Notes: generated by a model from the letters alone, not told the origin. Positions 1-12,953 are shown, counted from the first letter of the stretch. The stretch: 64,000 nt of DNA from an uncultured Pelagibacteraceae bacterium (GCA_902611715.1 CACMAQ010000002.1:714-64713), one strand, 5' to 3'. Numbers and translations: made by a program.

Positions 1-429
1 TTAATACATGAAGGTCTCAGTAAAGTTAGGTTTAAAAACGTCTTAAAGAATTTAAAAAGCGCAGATACCGCAATTAATACTGCAGTTAGTAATTACTTAG
101 AAGAACAAGTAAAACTCAATCAAAAGAAAATTATTAGTTTTAAGTCTCAGGAATTTATAAACTTACCCGAAGAAATTCAACATAGAGTACTTGTAAAACT
201 GTGCAGATTTGCTGGAAAAAGCAATAAAGTGCCTAGATCGCGATCAGTACAAGAATTGATAAATTCAATTGTGAAAGAAAAAAGCTTTAAGCGTACATTA
301 AATAGTTGCACATTTGTTGGGCAGAAGGGAGTGGTAAATATTCATTCTGAGAACAACATATCTAAACCTAATAAGACTAAAAATTTGGCCATTTCTAAAA
401 ATTGGACAAAATTTATCGAGCATTTCTAG
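1..429 (+). CDS. tilS: C-terminal part of a CDS entering from the left edge; probably tRNA(Ile)-lysidine synthase
   Basis: Frame 1 is open from nt 1 to the TAG at 427-429; the track shows it only from an internal Met at 229. The call rests mainly on the conserved alphaproteobacterial tilS-ftsH adjacency. No catalytic motif lies inside the window. Confidence 0.4.
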   Translation, partial: LIHEGLSKVRFKNVLKNLKSADTAINTAVSNYLEEQVKLNQKKIISFKSQEFINLPEEIQHRVLVKLCRFAGKSNKVPRSRSVQELINSIVKEKSFKRTLNSCTFVGQKGVVNIHSENNISKPNKTKNLAISKNWTKFIEHF

Positions 430-521
430 ACTAAGCTATTGAATATAATGTTAAATTTTATTGATATATTTTCTTGTATGCTGAAAAATAGTAATTATCT
501 AATAATATCAATATCTTTATT

Positions 522-2435
522 ATGATGAATTTGCGGAATATAGTTCTTTGGCTTCTTATTGCTTTAATCGTTTTTGGACTGTTTAATTTATTTAGTAACA
601 CTAGTGGTGACAGAAATACTGTTGATTTAACGTACTCACAATTTTTAGATGAAGTTGAAGCAGGCTCAATTAAAGATGTAATTATTCGAGGTAATAATAT
701 CAACGGAGCTTTTGAAGATGGTAGATCTTTTAAAACTTATGCCGCTAATGACCCAACACTCGTTGATAGACTTAATGATAGAGGTGTAAACATATCAGCT
801 GCACCACTAGACGACGGCTATCCGTCACTTCTTGGAGTTTTAATTTCCTGGTTCCCAATGCTCTTACTTATTGGTGTATGGATTTTTTTCATGCGTCAGA
901 TGCAAGGTGGAAGAGGAGGAGCAATGGGGTTTGGAAGATCCAAGGCCAAATTACTAACTGAAAATAAAAATAAAGTTACCTTTAATGATGTAGCTGGAAT
1001 AGATGAAGCAAAAGAAGAGCTTGTTGAAATTGTTGAGTTTTTAAAGGATCCAAGAAAATTTCAAAAACTTGGCGGTAGGATTCCAAAGGGTGCCTTACTA
1101 ATTGGCCCTCCAGGAACAGGAAAGACATTGCTTGCTAGAGCTGTAGCAGGGGAGGCCGGTGTACCTTTTTTTACAATCTCGGGTTCTGATTTTGTTGAAA
1201 TGTTTGTTGGTGTTGGAGCATCTCGAGTTAGGGATATGTTCGAGCAAGGAAGAAGAAATGCGCCATGCATAATTTTCATTGATGAAATTGATGCTGTTGG
1301 AAGAAGCCGTGGAGCAGGTCTTGGTGGTGGTAATGATGAGAGAGAACAGACACTTAATCAGATTTTAGTTGAGATGGACGGATTTGATACTCAGGAAGGT
1401 ATTATTTTGGTTGCCGCGACTAACAGACCAGATGTACTTGATCCTGCCCTATTAAGGCCAGGTCGTTTTGACAGACAGGTTGTTGTTCCTAATCCAGATA
1501 TCTTAGGCAGAGAAGCAATTCTGAAAGTTCATATTAAAAAAATCTCTGTCGCGCCTGATGTAGATATTAGAACAATAGCAAGGGGAACACCTGGTTTTTC
1601 TGGTGCTGATCTAGCTAACATTGTAAATGAAGCAGCATTGTTGGCAGCAAGAAAAAATAAGAAAATTGTTACTATGGTAGATTTTGAGGAAGCAAAAGAT
1701 AAGGTAATGATGGGGTCTGAAAGAAGATCTCTTGTTATGAGTCAAGAAGAAAAAGAACTTACCGCTTACCATGAAGGAGGTCACGCTGTTGTTGCATTAA
1801 ATCAATCTGCATCAGATCCAATACATAAAGCTACAATAATACCAAGAGGTAGAGCCCTTGGAATGGTGATGAGGCTGCCCGAAAGAGACCAATTATCTTT
1901 ACCTAGGGAAAAAATGTTAGCAGATATCACAGTTGCTATGGGCGGTAGAGTTGCTGAAGAAATAATCTTTGGTGACAAAAAAGTTACTTCTGGTGCTTCA
2001 TCAGACATCGAAATGGCAACTAAGATGGCTAGAAATATGGTTACTAAATTTGGAATGAGCGAAAAATTAGGACCATTACAATATGGTGAAAATGAGGAAG
2101 AAGTATTTTTAGGAAGATCAGTACAAAGACATCAAAATGTGTCTGAGGAAACAGCTAAACTTATAGATTCAGAGATCAGACAAATTGTTGATAGCTGTTA
2201 TGATTTAGCAAAGAAAATTTTAAATGAAAAAATAGACGATTTGCATGCTCTTGCAAAAGGTTTAATTGAATACGAAACTTTAAATGGAGATGAAATAACT
2301 ACATTATTAAAAGAGGGTAAGATCGACAGATCCAATCCTGAAGAAGAGATTAATAATGCCGGACCGTCTGTACCTAAAAGTGGTAAATCAGCTCCCGTTG
2401 GTCCTAGTTTCAAGCCAAAACCTCAAACAAGTTAA
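522..2435 (+). CDS. ftsH: ATP-dependent zinc metalloprotease FtsH
   Basis: N-terminal TM helices, Walker A GPPGTGKT, Walker [13 protein letters not shown] second region of homology, zinc motif HEGGHA. 637 aa. Confidence 0.97.
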   Translation: MMNLRNIVLWLLIALIVFGLFNLFSNTSGDRNTVDLTYSQFLDEVEAGSIKDVIIRGNNINGAFEDGRSFKTYAANDPTLVDRLNDRGVNISAAPLDDGYPSLLGVLISWFPMLLLIGVWIFFMRQMQGGRGGAMGFGRSKAKLLTENKNKVTFNDVAGIDEAKEELVEIVEFLKDPRKFQKLGGRIPKGALLIGPPGTGKTLLARAVAGEAGVPFFTISGSDFVEMFVGVGASRVRDMFEQGRRNAPCIIFIDEIDAVGRSRGAGLGGGNDEREQTLNQILVEMDGFDTQEGIILVAATNRPDVLDPALLRPGRFDRQVVVPNPDILGREAILKVHIKKISVAPDVDIRTIARGTPGFSGADLANIVNEAALLAARKNKKIVTMVDFEEAKDKVMMGSERRSLVMSQEEKELTAYHEGGHAVVALNQSASDPIHKATIIPRGRALGMVMRLPERDQLSLPREKMLADITVAMGGRVAEEIIFGDKKVTSGASSDIEMATKMARNMVTKFGMSEKLGPLQYGENEEEVFLGRSVQRHQNVSEETAKLIDSEIRQIVDSCYDLAKKILNEKIDDLHALAKGLIEYETLNGDEITTLLKEGKIDRSNPEEEINNAGPSVPKSGKSAPVGPSFKPKPQTS

Positions 2436-2444
2436 CTAATTACA

Positions 2445-3500
2445 GTGTCCCTTGTGCGTAATTCGAATAGATATTACGTGCGACCAATATTTAGTAAAAT
2501 AAAAACAAAAGATTCACTTCTTCTTGGGTCCTCCAAATTATTCTTTAATGAAATTGAATTAATAACAAGAGGCAAAACCAAGACTCGATCAAAGTTTCTA
2601 AAAATTAATGAAATAAAATATTTGGAACCTGATATTCAGAGAGACATAAATAAAAGAATTTCAAATATTACAAAGAAAAGAAAAAAATTAGGAAAGTTTA
2701 ACTTTGAAAGATCACTTGTGATGGGTATTCTTAATGTAACGCCTGATAGCTTTTTTGACGGCGGAAAATATTTATTACACGATAATGCAATTGAGCAGTT
2801 TAAAAAACTAATTAAAGAAGGCGCAGATATCATTGATATTGGCGGAGAGTCAACAAGGCCTGGATCAAAAGAAATTACAGTTAATGAGGAAATTAGCCGA
2901 ATTATTCCAATAATTTCTCAAATCAGAAAAAAATATAAGAAAGAATTTATCTCGGTAGATACAAGAAAATCTCAAGTTATGAAAGAAGCATGTAAATTTA
3001 ATATAAATCTAATAAATGATGTTTCAGGACTGAGATTTGATAAAAACTCAAAAAAATTTTTAAACTCGAATAAAATTCCTTTTGTTTTAATGCATTCAAT
3101 TTCAACTCCTGAGAAGATGCAAAAAAATATAAAGTACAAAGATGTACTTCTTGATATTTATGATTTCTTTGAGAAGCAAATCAGTCTATGCGAGAAAAAT
3201 GGCATATCTAAAAGCCGAATTATAATAGACCCTGGAATTGGTTTTGGTAAAACTTTGCAACAAAATTTGAAACTAATTTCAAACATCGCATTATTTCATT
3301 CTTTGGGCCTTCCTGTGTTATTGGGAAGCTCTCGAAAAAGTTTTATTGGCAAGATTGAAAAAAATGAATTATACGAAGATCGATTAGGCGGTTCAATAGC
3401 AACGGTTATGCATGGACTAGCTGAAGGAGTTCAAATATTTAGGGTGCACGATGTTTATGCAACAAAACAATCAATTAAGGTTTATTCTAAAATAAAATGA
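2445..3500 (+). CDS. folP: Dihydropteroate synthase
   Basis: GILNVTPDSFFDGG, GADIIDIGGESTRPG and DPGIGFGK motifs. GTG start with about 90 aa preceding the pterin-binding domain, so the start is uncertain (internal ATG at 2721). Confidence 0.85.
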   Translation: MSLVRNSNRYYVRPIFSKIKTKDSLLLGSSKLFFNEIELITRGKTKTRSKFLKINEIKYLEPDIQRDINKRISNITKKRKKLGKFNFERSLVMGILNVTPDSFFDGGKYLLHDNAIEQFKKLIKEGADIIDIGGESTRPGSKEITVNEEISRIIPIISQIRKKYKKEFISVDTRKSQVMKEACKFNINLINDVSGLRFDKNSKKFLNSNKIPFVLMHSISTPEKMQKNIKYKDVLLDIYDFFEKQISLCEKNGISKSRIIIDPGIGFGKTLQQNLKLISNIALFHSLGLPVLLGSSRKSFIGKIEKNELYEDRLGGSIATVMHGLAEGVQIFRVHDVYATKQSIKVYSKIK

Positions 3501-4828
3501 AAAAGTTTTTTGGAACAGATGGAGTAAGAGCAAGTTCAAATAGTCAAAAACTTAATGGCCTGACACTTATGAAGCTCGGAATGGCACTAGGTAAACATTT
3601 TACTGTTGGAGAACATCGTCACAAAGTTGTTATTGGTAAAGATACAAGACTATCAGGTTATATGATTGAACAAGCATTAACCTCTGGATTATTATCTATG
3701 GGAATGAATGTCTTTCTTTTTGGGCCCATACCTACACCCGCAGTTGCAATGTTGACAAAATCTATGCGAGCAGACTTAGGAATAATGATAACTGCTTCAC
3801 ACAACCAATATCAAGATAATGGTATTAAAATATTTGATAAAAATGGAAATAAATTATCAGACAAAACTGAAATTGAAATAGAGCATCTTATGGAGTCTGA
3901 ATTGGAAAATTCATTAGCGGGTCCAGAAAAAATAGGCAGAGCAAAAAGACTCGAAGATGCAAATGGTAGATATATAGAATTCCTAAAAGGTACTTTTCCT
4001 AAATCACAACGGCTTGATGGTCTTAAAATTGTAATAGATTGTGCAAATGGGGCTTCTTATATTTCTGCACCTTTAATTTTATGGGAGCTTGGTGCAGAAG
4101 TTATTCAAATAGCTACTCAACCAAATGGAACTAATATAAATTTCGAATGTGGGTCTACTAATACCAATAAACTTGCTAAAAAAGTATTAGAGGAGAAGGC
4201 TGATATTGGTATTGCCTTAGATGGCGATGGCGATCGATTGGCTGTTATTGATGAAAAAGGACATTTAGTCAATGGCGACCAGATACTGGCATTACTAGCT
4301 ATTGAAATGTCAAAAGATAAAAAATTAAAAAATAATAATGTAGTTGGCACTTCAATGGCAAACATGGGCTTAGAAACTTTATTAAAGAAACATAACATTG
4401 GGTTAATCAGGGCAAAAGTTGGTGATCGATATGTAAAGGAAAAAATGATTACAGAAGATTTAAATTTAGGCGGTGAACAATCTGGACATATAATTTTACG
4501 TGATTTTACTTCATCAGGAGATGGAATAGTAGTTGCTCTTCAAGTTCTATCTATCTTAAATAGAAAAAAAGGAAAAGCCAGTGACTGCCTTCATTTATTC
4601 AGTCCTCTACCACAAAACCTGATTAATTTCCGCGTAAAAGAAAGAAATATTTTAGATCACGAGGATACGAAATTATTTATCAAATCTTGTGAAGAAAAAG
4701 TTTCAGAAGACGGAAGAATCGTAGTTAGAATGTCCGGTACTGAACCTCTTTTAAGAGTTATGATTGAAAGTGGAAATCAGCATACAATTGATGAATTAAC
4801 TGAAAGCGTAACAAAATATTTTTCATAA
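3497..4828 (+). CDS. glmM: Phosphoglucosamine mutase
   Basis: Active-site loop TASHNQYQDNGIK, metal loop DGDGDR, GEQSGH. ATGA overlap with folP. Confidence 0.95.
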   Translation: MKKFFGTDGVRASSNSQKLNGLTLMKLGMALGKHFTVGEHRHKVVIGKDTRLSGYMIEQALTSGLLSMGMNVFLFGPIPTPAVAMLTKSMRADLGIMITASHNQYQDNGIKIFDKNGNKLSDKTEIEIEHLMESELENSLAGPEKIGRAKRLEDANGRYIEFLKGTFPKSQRLDGLKIVIDCANGASYISAPLILWELGAEVIQIATQPNGTNINFECGSTNTNKLAKKVLEEKADIGIALDGDGDRLAVIDEKGHLVNGDQILALLAIEMSKDKKLKNNNVVGTSMANMGLETLLKKHNIGLIRAKVGDRYVKEKMITEDLNLGGEQSGHIILRDFTSSGDGIVVALQVLSILNRKKGKASDCLHLFSPLPQNLINFRVKERNILDHEDTKLFIKSCEEKVSEDGRIVVRMSGTEPLLRVMIESGNQHTIDELTESVTKYFS

Positions 4829-4842
4829 AATAAAGGCATTAA

Positions 4843-7019
<2,177 letters not shown>

Positions 7020-7050
7020 AATATGGTTACTTTTTTCTAGAAATCAATGT

Positions 7051-8022
7051 TCAGCTTTTAATTGAATTTACCAATTTGCTCAAGTAATCCGGCATAACAG
7101 ACTGAAAATGAAGCATTTTTTCTTTTTTAGGATGAAGAAACCCAAGAGATTGCGCATGCAGAGCCTGTCCTGGCAACATTTTAATCGATTGAACCGTGCT
7201 TTCTGAAAGTGATTTTAGTTTACTTTGAGGCGATCGCCCATAAGTACGGTCTCCTATGAGTGGATTTCCCTTTTCTGTTAGATGCACTCTTATTTGATGA
7301 GTTCTTCCGGTTTCTAAGCGACATTCTAATACTGTGGCAACAATTTGATTTTTTTTGTTCTTTAAATTTTCAAGTGTCTTGTAATGAGTGATAGCAACCT
7401 TACCTCTACTCACAGAACTCATCATTTTTGTTCTATTCCTATTACTTCTAGATAAGAGTGACTTAATTTTTCCATTTGCTGGTGAGATTTTGTTCCAGCA
7501 TACAGCAATATAAACTCTTTCGATAGAGTGAGCAGCAAATTGGTCAGATAAATGTTTATGAGTAAAATCATTTTTAGCTATTACAACCAGTCCACTCGTA
7601 TCTTTATCAATTCGATGAACTATTCCTGGCCTTTGAGCATCACCTACAAATTTTAATTCATCTCCACAATGATTGATCAAAGCATTAACAATTGTACCAG
7701 TCTTATTTCCAGCACCGGGGTGCATTACAATACCTGCAGGTTTATTGATAACTATCAAATCCTTATCTTCATAAATAATATTTAATTTTATGTTTTCACC
7801 AATTATTGGTGTCTCATTTGCTAATTTTATATTCACTGAAATATGATCGCCTAATGAGATCTTATAATCAGGATCTACAATATTATTATTTACTGTAATA
7901 TTGGAGGACTTTATTAATTGAATTATTTTAGACCTACTAAATTCTTTCAAATTTAAAGCAATATATTTGTCTATACGTTGGCCTACTTGCTTCTTATGGT
8001 TGACTTTATATTGATAGAACAT
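7051..8022 (-). CDS. rluD: 23S rRNA pseudouridine synthase, RluA/RluD family
   Basis: N-terminal S4 domain and catalytic HRIDKDTSGL motif. I start at the ATG at 8022; the track ORF starts at a TTG at 8043. Confidence 0.85.
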   Translation of the reverse strand: MFYQYKVNHKKQVGQRIDKYIALNLKEFSRSKIIQLIKSSNITVNNNIVDPDYKISLGDHISVNIKLANETPIIGENIKLNIIYEDKDLIVINKPAGIVMHPGAGNKTGTIVNALINHCGDELKFVGDAQRPGIVHRIDKDTSGLVVIAKNDFTHKHLSDQFAAHSIERVYIAVCWNKISPANGKIKSLLSRSNRNRTKMMSSVSRGKVAITHYKTLENLKNKKNQIVATVLECRLETGRTHQIRVHLTEKGNPLIGDRTYGRSPQSKLKSLSESTVQSIKMLPGQALHAQSLGFLHPKKEKMLHFQSVMPDYLSKLVNSIKS

Positions 8023-8034
8023 TATGAGATAACG

Positions 8035-8322
8035 ATGTACCAAAAAATTATGTTATTTATAGTTATATTTCTCGGAATTGTAATTTTAATTGGTACCACG
8101 ATTGTTATTACTACTATTATTGAGCGATCATACAAGATTGATTTTTTTACTTCCACTGATAATTCTGAGAAGGATATAAATATTGAAAAAAAATGTGATC
8201 TTGTGGGTGAAAAAACTAAAGTTATTTCTCTAAGTGAGGACAAATTAGCTATTATTTGTGAGGGTCGTATTGAGGTAATGAATTTATCTAATAATCAAGT
8301 AGAAAAAGTAGTTAACTACTAG
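8035..8322 (+). CDS. Hypothetical membrane-anchored protein (95 aa)
   Basis: ATG at 8035 followed by one strongly hydrophobic helix (LFIVIFLGIVILIGTTIVITTII). No recognisable family. The longer track ORF from 7978 would overlap the rluD start. Confidence 0.4.
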   Translation: MYQKIMLFIVIFLGIVILIGTTIVITTIIERSYKIDFFTSTDNSEKDINIEKKCDLVGEKTKVISLSEDKLAIICEGRIEVMNLSNNQVEKVVNY

Positions 8323-9953
8323 CTTGCTCTATAAAAACTGGTCTCTACATCAGGTAAAGTTTCTTTTTTGAGGATGAGATCAGATGCCTTTTCAGCGATC
8401 ATCACAGTTGTTGCATTGAGATTTCCTGTAATGATATTTGGCATTATTGAAGCATCTACAACTCTTAAATTTTCAATCCCATAAACTTTGAGCTCTTCAT
8501 CGACAACAGATAACTCATCTTTTCCCATCTTGCATGTACAAGAAGGATGATAAGCAGTATCACCTTTATTTTTAATGAATTCATTTAAATCACCCTCAGA
8601 GCTTGAATTTATTCCAGGGTTAATTTCTTTTCCTCGATATTTATCAAAAGCTTTTTGATGAAAAATTTCCCTTGCAATTTTAATACCATCTCTCATTTCT
8701 TTTAAATCATGCTCTGTCTGCATATAATTAAACTGTATAGCGGGTGAAGCTGAGGGATTGTTTGACTTTAATTTGACATGTCCTCTACTTGTTGGCCTCA
8801 TTGGTCCTACATGCGCTTGAAAAGAATGAGAGCTTGGAGATTGTCTTCCATGATCCAATACAAGCGATGGAAAGAAGTGATACTGAATATTAGGATAATC
8901 AACCATATCATTACTTCTCACGAAGCCGCCTGTCTCTAAGTTTGAATATGCTGCCACTCCAGATTTAAAAATAAACCACTCTATCCCTATGAATGCCATT
9001 CTTATTGGATTATATGATGTGTAAAGTGTAACGGGCTTTGTACACTCATATTGTAAATAAGTTTCAAGATGATCCTGTAAATTTTCACCTACACCTCTTA
9101 GGTCATGTTGAACAGAAATATCTAATTTTTTTAGTTCTTCAGCATTTCCTATACCTGAAAGCATTAGAAGTTGAGGTGAATTTATTGCTCCAGCTGATAA
9201 TATCACTTCATTTTCAGCATGTATTTTTTTTCTCTCTCTTCCTGTAGTACATTCAACCCCAACGGCTTTATTATTTTCAATGATAACTTTGTTTACTATT
9301 GTGTTTGTAATGACGGTAAGATTTCTTCTGTTAATAACTGGATGCAAGTAAGTTACACTCGTACTTTGTCTTCTGCCTCCATAAATAGTGGTGTCCATTA
9401 GGCCAAATCCCTCTTGCTTATATCCATTCATGTCATTATTTATCTCATAGCCGGCTTGTTCTGCCGCTTCTAGGTAGACTTTACTCAATTCATTGCCTTC
9501 CGAAGATCGAGATAGTTTTAAAGGACCGCTTTTATTCCTATAAGTTTCATCTAATCCTTCAATTGACTCTGATTTTTTAAAATACGGAAGAACATTATTA
9601 TAATTCCATGACTTAAGATCTTTTTGAGCCCAGTTTTCAAAATCCATTGGATTTCCTCTTACATGAACCATACCGTTGTGTGATGAACTTCCTCCCAACA
9701 TCTTTCCTCTTGGGCAAAACATTTTTCTATTGTTCATGAACGGTTCAGGCTCAGTTTCGTATAAATAATTATATTTTGGGTCATGCATTGTGTATAATAA
9801 AGCTGCTGGCATTGAGGTTTTCCATGTTTTATCCGATGGACCTGACTCTATTAACAATACATTTATCTCTGGATCAGCTGAAAGTCTATTTGCCAGAACA
9901 CAACCCGCACTTCCGGCACCAATAATAATATAATTATAAGAATTAAATTGCAT
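8319..9953 (-). CDS. GMC-family FAD oxidoreductase, choline dehydrogenase-like
   Basis: N-terminal [20 protein letters not shown] fold and the GMC signature region, about 545 aa. ATG at 9953 is preferred to the TTG at 9968. Context beside the betaine genes suggests a choline-type substrate. Confidence 0.85.
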   Translation of the reverse strand: MQFNSYNYIIIGAGSAGCVLANRLSADPEINVLLIESGPSDKTWKTSMPAALLYTMHDPKYNYLYETEPEPFMNNRKMFCPRGKMLGGSSSHNGMVHVRGNPMDFENWAQKDLKSWNYNNVLPYFKKSESIEGLDETYRNKSGPLKLSRSSEGNELSKVYLEAAEQAGYEINNDMNGYKQEGFGLMDTTIYGGRRQSTSVTYLHPVINRRNLTVITNTIVNKVIIENNKAVGVECTTGRERKKIHAENEVILSAGAINSPQLLMLSGIGNAEELKKLDISVQHDLRGVGENLQDHLETYLQYECTKPVTLYTSYNPIRMAFIGIEWFIFKSGVAAYSNLETGGFVRSNDMVDYPNIQYHFFPSLVLDHGRQSPSSHSFQAHVGPMRPTSRGHVKLKSNNPSASPAIQFNYMQTEHDLKEMRDGIKIAREIFHQKAFDKYRGKEINPGINSSSEGDLNEFIKNKGDTAYHPSCTCKMGKDELSVVDEELKVYGIENLRVVDASIMPNIITGNLNATTVMIAEKASDLILKKETLPDVETSFYRAS

Positions 9954-9997
9954 AACTAATTTTACCAAAGTTTGTAATTATAGTACAACATAAGCTT

Positions 9998-10876
9998 ATG
10001 TTAAAAAATTTAAACCCCAATTATGCAATTGTACTTTCAACATTATTGTGGGGTACGTGGTGGTATCCATTAAGGCTACTTAATGAATATGCGTATAATA
10101 ATGCAATTCCGCTCACTTTAAGTTTCACTATTGCTGGGTTATTTTTATTATTTTTTTCATACAAAAATATATCAAAATTAACTAATCGAAATTTAATTCT
10201 TACAATAGTCGCAGCTTCAGCAGGAGCGGCTGCAATGTGTCTTTATAATGAAGGTTTAATTAGAGGTAATGTTGCAAGAGTCTTAATCTTTTTTTATTTA
10301 ACAGCTGTATGGAGCACTTTAATTGAAATTATTTTTCTAAGAGCGGCCTTAAACATTTATAGGTTTTTTTCAATTTCTTCAGGTTTTATAGGTCTGTTTA
10401 TTATAACTGGGTTGGATCAAGGAAATTTTATGCCTAGCACACTTGCAGATCTGTTTGGAATTCTCTCAGGATTTCTCTGGTCAATCTGTGCAACACTCAT
10501 AAGAATAAATGAGGAACTTGATGTAAATTTCGGTACTTCAGTTTTTATTTTAATTGGGGGTCTTTTTGTTATTATTGCAACATTCTTACCAGATGGGCAA
10601 ATACTTTCAGGATTTAACTATGATATTTTAAAGAATACTATTTTGATAATTTTAATATTCGCATTTATCTGGTTATTGCCAGGTTACTGGCTTGTCACCT
10701 ATGGTCAGGATCAAGTTGATCCAGGACGCGCGGGGATCCTATTAATGTTCGAAGTTGTTATTGGCGTTATATCTGCCTATCTGCTTGCAAATGAAATAAT
10801 CTCGATTAGAGAGTTTATTGGTGCAATATTCGTAATGAGCGCACCATTAATCGAGATCTATTCAGTAAAAAAATAA
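9998..10876 (+). CDS. DMT/EamA-like 10-TM permease
   Basis: 292 aa, about 10 hydrophobic segments in two halves. Divergent from the GMC oxidoreductase. Substrate unknown. Confidence 0.6.
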   Translation: MLKNLNPNYAIVLSTLLWGTWWYPLRLLNEYAYNNAIPLTLSFTIAGLFLLFFSYKNISKLTNRNLILTIVAASAGAAAMCLYNEGLIRGNVARVLIFFYLTAVWSTLIEIIFLRAALNIYRFFSISSGFIGLFIITGLDQGNFMPSTLADLFGILSGFLWSICATLIRINEELDVNFGTSVFILIGGLFVIIATFLPDGQILSGFNYDILKNTILIILIFAFIWLLPGYWLVTYGQDQVDPGRAGILLMFEVVIGVISAYLLANEIISIREFIGAIFVMSAPLIEIYSVKK

Positions 10877-10960
10877 TTAAATCAGACATTTATCTAATTA
10901 ATTATGTAACATAATTTAATTTTTTTTTATGTGGAAGCACTTACATATATATGTTTCAAT

Positions 10961-10966
10961 TATAAT
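10961..10966 (+). promoter_or_regulatory. Candidate -10 hexamer (TATAAT) for proXWV
   Basis: Perfect TATAAT 26 nt upstream of the proX ATG, followed by AGGAG at 10981-10985. The -35 is poor (CTTACA with a 15-nt spacer). Confidence 0.3.
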
Positions 10967-10991
10967 GAAAGATATAAATTAGGAGATTAAA

Positions 10992-12008
10992 ATGAATAAA
11001 TTTTTTAAAAAATCTGCAATTGGAATATTTTTAGCAGGTTTTGCAGTTATTTTTGCAGTTAGTTGTGACAGGAATCAGGAAGTAGCTGATTGTGGCACAA
11101 TTACTGTCGCAGAAATGAATTGGGCATCAGCTGAAATGTTTGCTCATGTAGATAAAATAGTATTAGAAAATGGGTATGGTTGTAATGTTGAACTTGTACC
11201 CGGCGATACTATGCCAACAGCAACATCAATGATGGAAAAAGGTGAGCCGGATGTAGCTCCTGAACTCTGGATTAATTCAGTTCGTATAGCTCTAGATAAT
11301 GCAGTAGGTGAGGGTCGTTTGCATTATGCAGCTGAGGTACTGTCTGACACTGGTGAAGAAGGATGGTGGATTCCTCAGTACATGGCTGATGCAAATCCTG
11401 ATATCCAAACGGTTTATGACGTTATAGAGCGCCCTGAACTTTTCCCTCATCCGGAAGGTGGAGATGGAGCAATTTATACATGTCCATCAGGCTGGAACTG
11501 TCAAATTAGTACCGGAAATCTCTTTAAAGCGTATGATATGGAAGCAAAAGGATGGAGACTAGTTGATCCTGGATCAGGTGGTGCATTAGCTGGTTCTATC
11601 GGTGAAGCATATAATAAAGAAGAGGGATGGTTTGGATACTATTGGGCTCCCACAGCAGTTCTTGGCAAATATCCACTTAAGAAACTAAGCTTTGGTGTTG
11701 AACACAGTAAAGAAGAGTGGGACACTTGTACTTCTCAAGACGGATGTGCAGATCCAAAACCTAACGCATGGGTTGTTTCTGAAGTATACACTGTTGTAAC
11801 TGATAACTTTAAAAATAGTTCTGATCTTGGAATGGAATACATTTCAAAGAGAGCACTTCCAAACAGCACTGTTAATGCTTTATTAGCTTGGAAAGATGAC
11901 AATCAAGCATCTGGCGAAGACACAGCTATACATTTTCTGAAAAACTATACAGAATGGCACAGCTGGGTTGACGGTAATGCGAAAGCTAAAATTGAAGCAG
12001 CGTTATAA
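10992..12008 (+). CDS. proX: Glycine betaine/proline-betaine ABC transporter substrate-binding lipoprotein
   Basis: Signal peptide with lipobox AVSC and a ProX/OpuAC-like fold, sitting directly upstream of proW and proV. Confidence 0.8.
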   Translation: MNKFFKKSAIGIFLAGFAVIFAVSCDRNQEVADCGTITVAEMNWASAEMFAHVDKIVLENGYGCNVELVPGDTMPTATSMMEKGEPDVAPELWINSVRIALDNAVGEGRLHYAAEVLSDTGEEGWWIPQYMADANPDIQTVYDVIERPELFPHPEGGDGAIYTCPSGWNCQISTGNLFKAYDMEAKGWRLVDPGSGGALAGSIGEAYNKEEGWFGYYWAPTAVLGKYPLKKLSFGVEHSKEEWDTCTSQDGCADPKPNAWVVSEVYTVVTDNFKNSSDLGMEYISKRALPNSTVNALLAWKDDNQASGEDTAIHFLKNYTEWHSWVDGNAKAKIEAAL

Positions 12009-12024
12009 TTAAAAAAATAATATT

Positions 12025-12048
12025 GCGGACTATAGAAATATAGTCCGC
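12025..12048 (+). promoter_or_regulatory. Intercistronic RNA hairpin between proX and proW
   Basis: GCGGACTATA-GAAA-TATAGTCCGC: perfect 10-bp stem with a GAAA tetraloop, no following T-run, 8 nt before the proW ATG. Confidence 0.55.
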
Positions 12049-12056
12049 ATATCTAT

Positions 12057-12953
12057 ATGAATTTTACCGAATTTTTTATTTCATTTCCTGAAATGAGTAA
12101 GGAGAGTCTTCGCCTATTTAAGAAGTCTCTTGATGGCGCTTACCGAAACTTTTCACGTGAATATGGCGATACAATTGAAGCGGTTTTTGATCCAGTGCTT
12201 TATTTCTTAGTATGGTTTGAAAGAATACTACAAAATTCTCCATGGCCTGTCGTAATAATCGTTTTCTTATTATTGATCTATTATGGAAGTAGAAGCATCG
12301 CTCTAACTATTTCATCTTTAATTGCTTTTTTATTAATTGGATATTTTGGAATGTGGGATGATACGATGTCCACAGTCAGTATTATTGGTGTTTGCACACT
12401 AATGTCTATCGGCCTAGGTATACCAATTGGCATATTAATGTCAGGATCTGATAGGGCGAGAGCCGCAATTACTCCAATTTTAGATGTTATGCAAACGATG
12501 CCAAGTTTTGTGTATCTCATTCCAGTTGTTATGTTATTGGGTATTGGTAAAATTCCTGGTTTACTTGCAGTTATAATCTATGCAATCCCGCCAATAATTC
12601 GACTTACTGATCTTGGTATTAGAGAAGTTAATAAAGAAGTTTTAGAAGCCGCAGATGCATTTGGTGCAAATAGAACTCAAAAATTATTTAGAGTACAGCT
12701 TCCATTAGCTTTACCAACAATTTTCGCTGGTATTAATCAAACAATAATGATGGCACTTGCAATGGTAGTTATTGCTTCAATGATTGGGGTTAAGGGATTG
12801 GGGCAACCAGTCTTAAAAGCCATCACCAATCAATATTTTACAATGGGCCTTCTCAATGGTTTGGCTATTGTAGCTTTGGCGATCATATTTGACAGGGTTT
12901 CTCAGTCATTTGGCAAAAGAATGCAGCAATATAGGGCTGGCGCAAATGAGTGA
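12057..12953 (+). CDS. proW: Glycine betaine ABC transporter permease
   Basis: Multi-TM BPD-type permease positioned between proX and proV. Confidence 0.85.
   Translation: MNFTEFFISFPEMSKESLRLFKKSLDGAYRNFSREYGDTIEAVFDPVLYFLVWFERILQNSPWPVVIIVFLLLIYYGSRSIALTISSLIAFLLIGYFGMWDDTMSTVSIIGVCTLMSIGLGIPIGILMSGSDRARAAITPILDVMQTMPSFVYLIPVVMLLGIGKIPGLLAVIIYAIPPIIRLTDLGIREVNKEVLEAADAFGANRTQKLFRVQLPLALPTIFAGINQTIMMALAMVVIASMIGVKGLGQPVLKAITNQYFTMGLLNGLAIVALAIIFDRVSQSFGKRMQQYRAGANE

Noticed and set aside
2445-2720. About 90-aa N-terminal extension of FolP as a separate gene, a fused domain (for example FolK), or untranslated DNA
   Set aside because: No HPPK motifs are present. A 285-bp non-coding gap would be out of character for this genome. 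I recall that alphaproteobacterial FolP proteins commonly carry an N-terminal extension containing a YxRP-like segment, seen here as RYYVRP. Kept as one CDS with an uncertain start.
10902-10928. TTATGT-A-ACATAA hairpin followed by a T-run as the terminator of the DMT permease gene
   Set aside because: The stem is A/T-only with a 1-nt loop and would be thermodynamically negligible. Not supportable as a terminator.
10943-10954. 12-bp palindrome ACATATATATGT upstream of proX as an operator related to the 21969 palindrome
   Set aside because: It is essentially a (TA)n low-complexity run, which is palindromic by construction. It does not share the half-site of CATACTATAGTATG.
10929-10982. 17-codon upstream ORF (MWKHLHIYVSIIMKDIN) ending in the proX Shine-Dalgarno, as a leader peptide
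   Set aside because: It has no SD of its own (a T-run precedes it) and lies largely upstream of the likely -10 at 10961. It is short enough to arise by chance in AT-rich DNA.
10877-10991. Riboswitch or other structured leader upstream of proX, and likewise upstream of bhmT at 17439-17549
   Set aside because: The gaps are only about 110 nt and almost pure A/T. I could not find glycine, SAM or other riboswitch core motifs, nor any stable helices.
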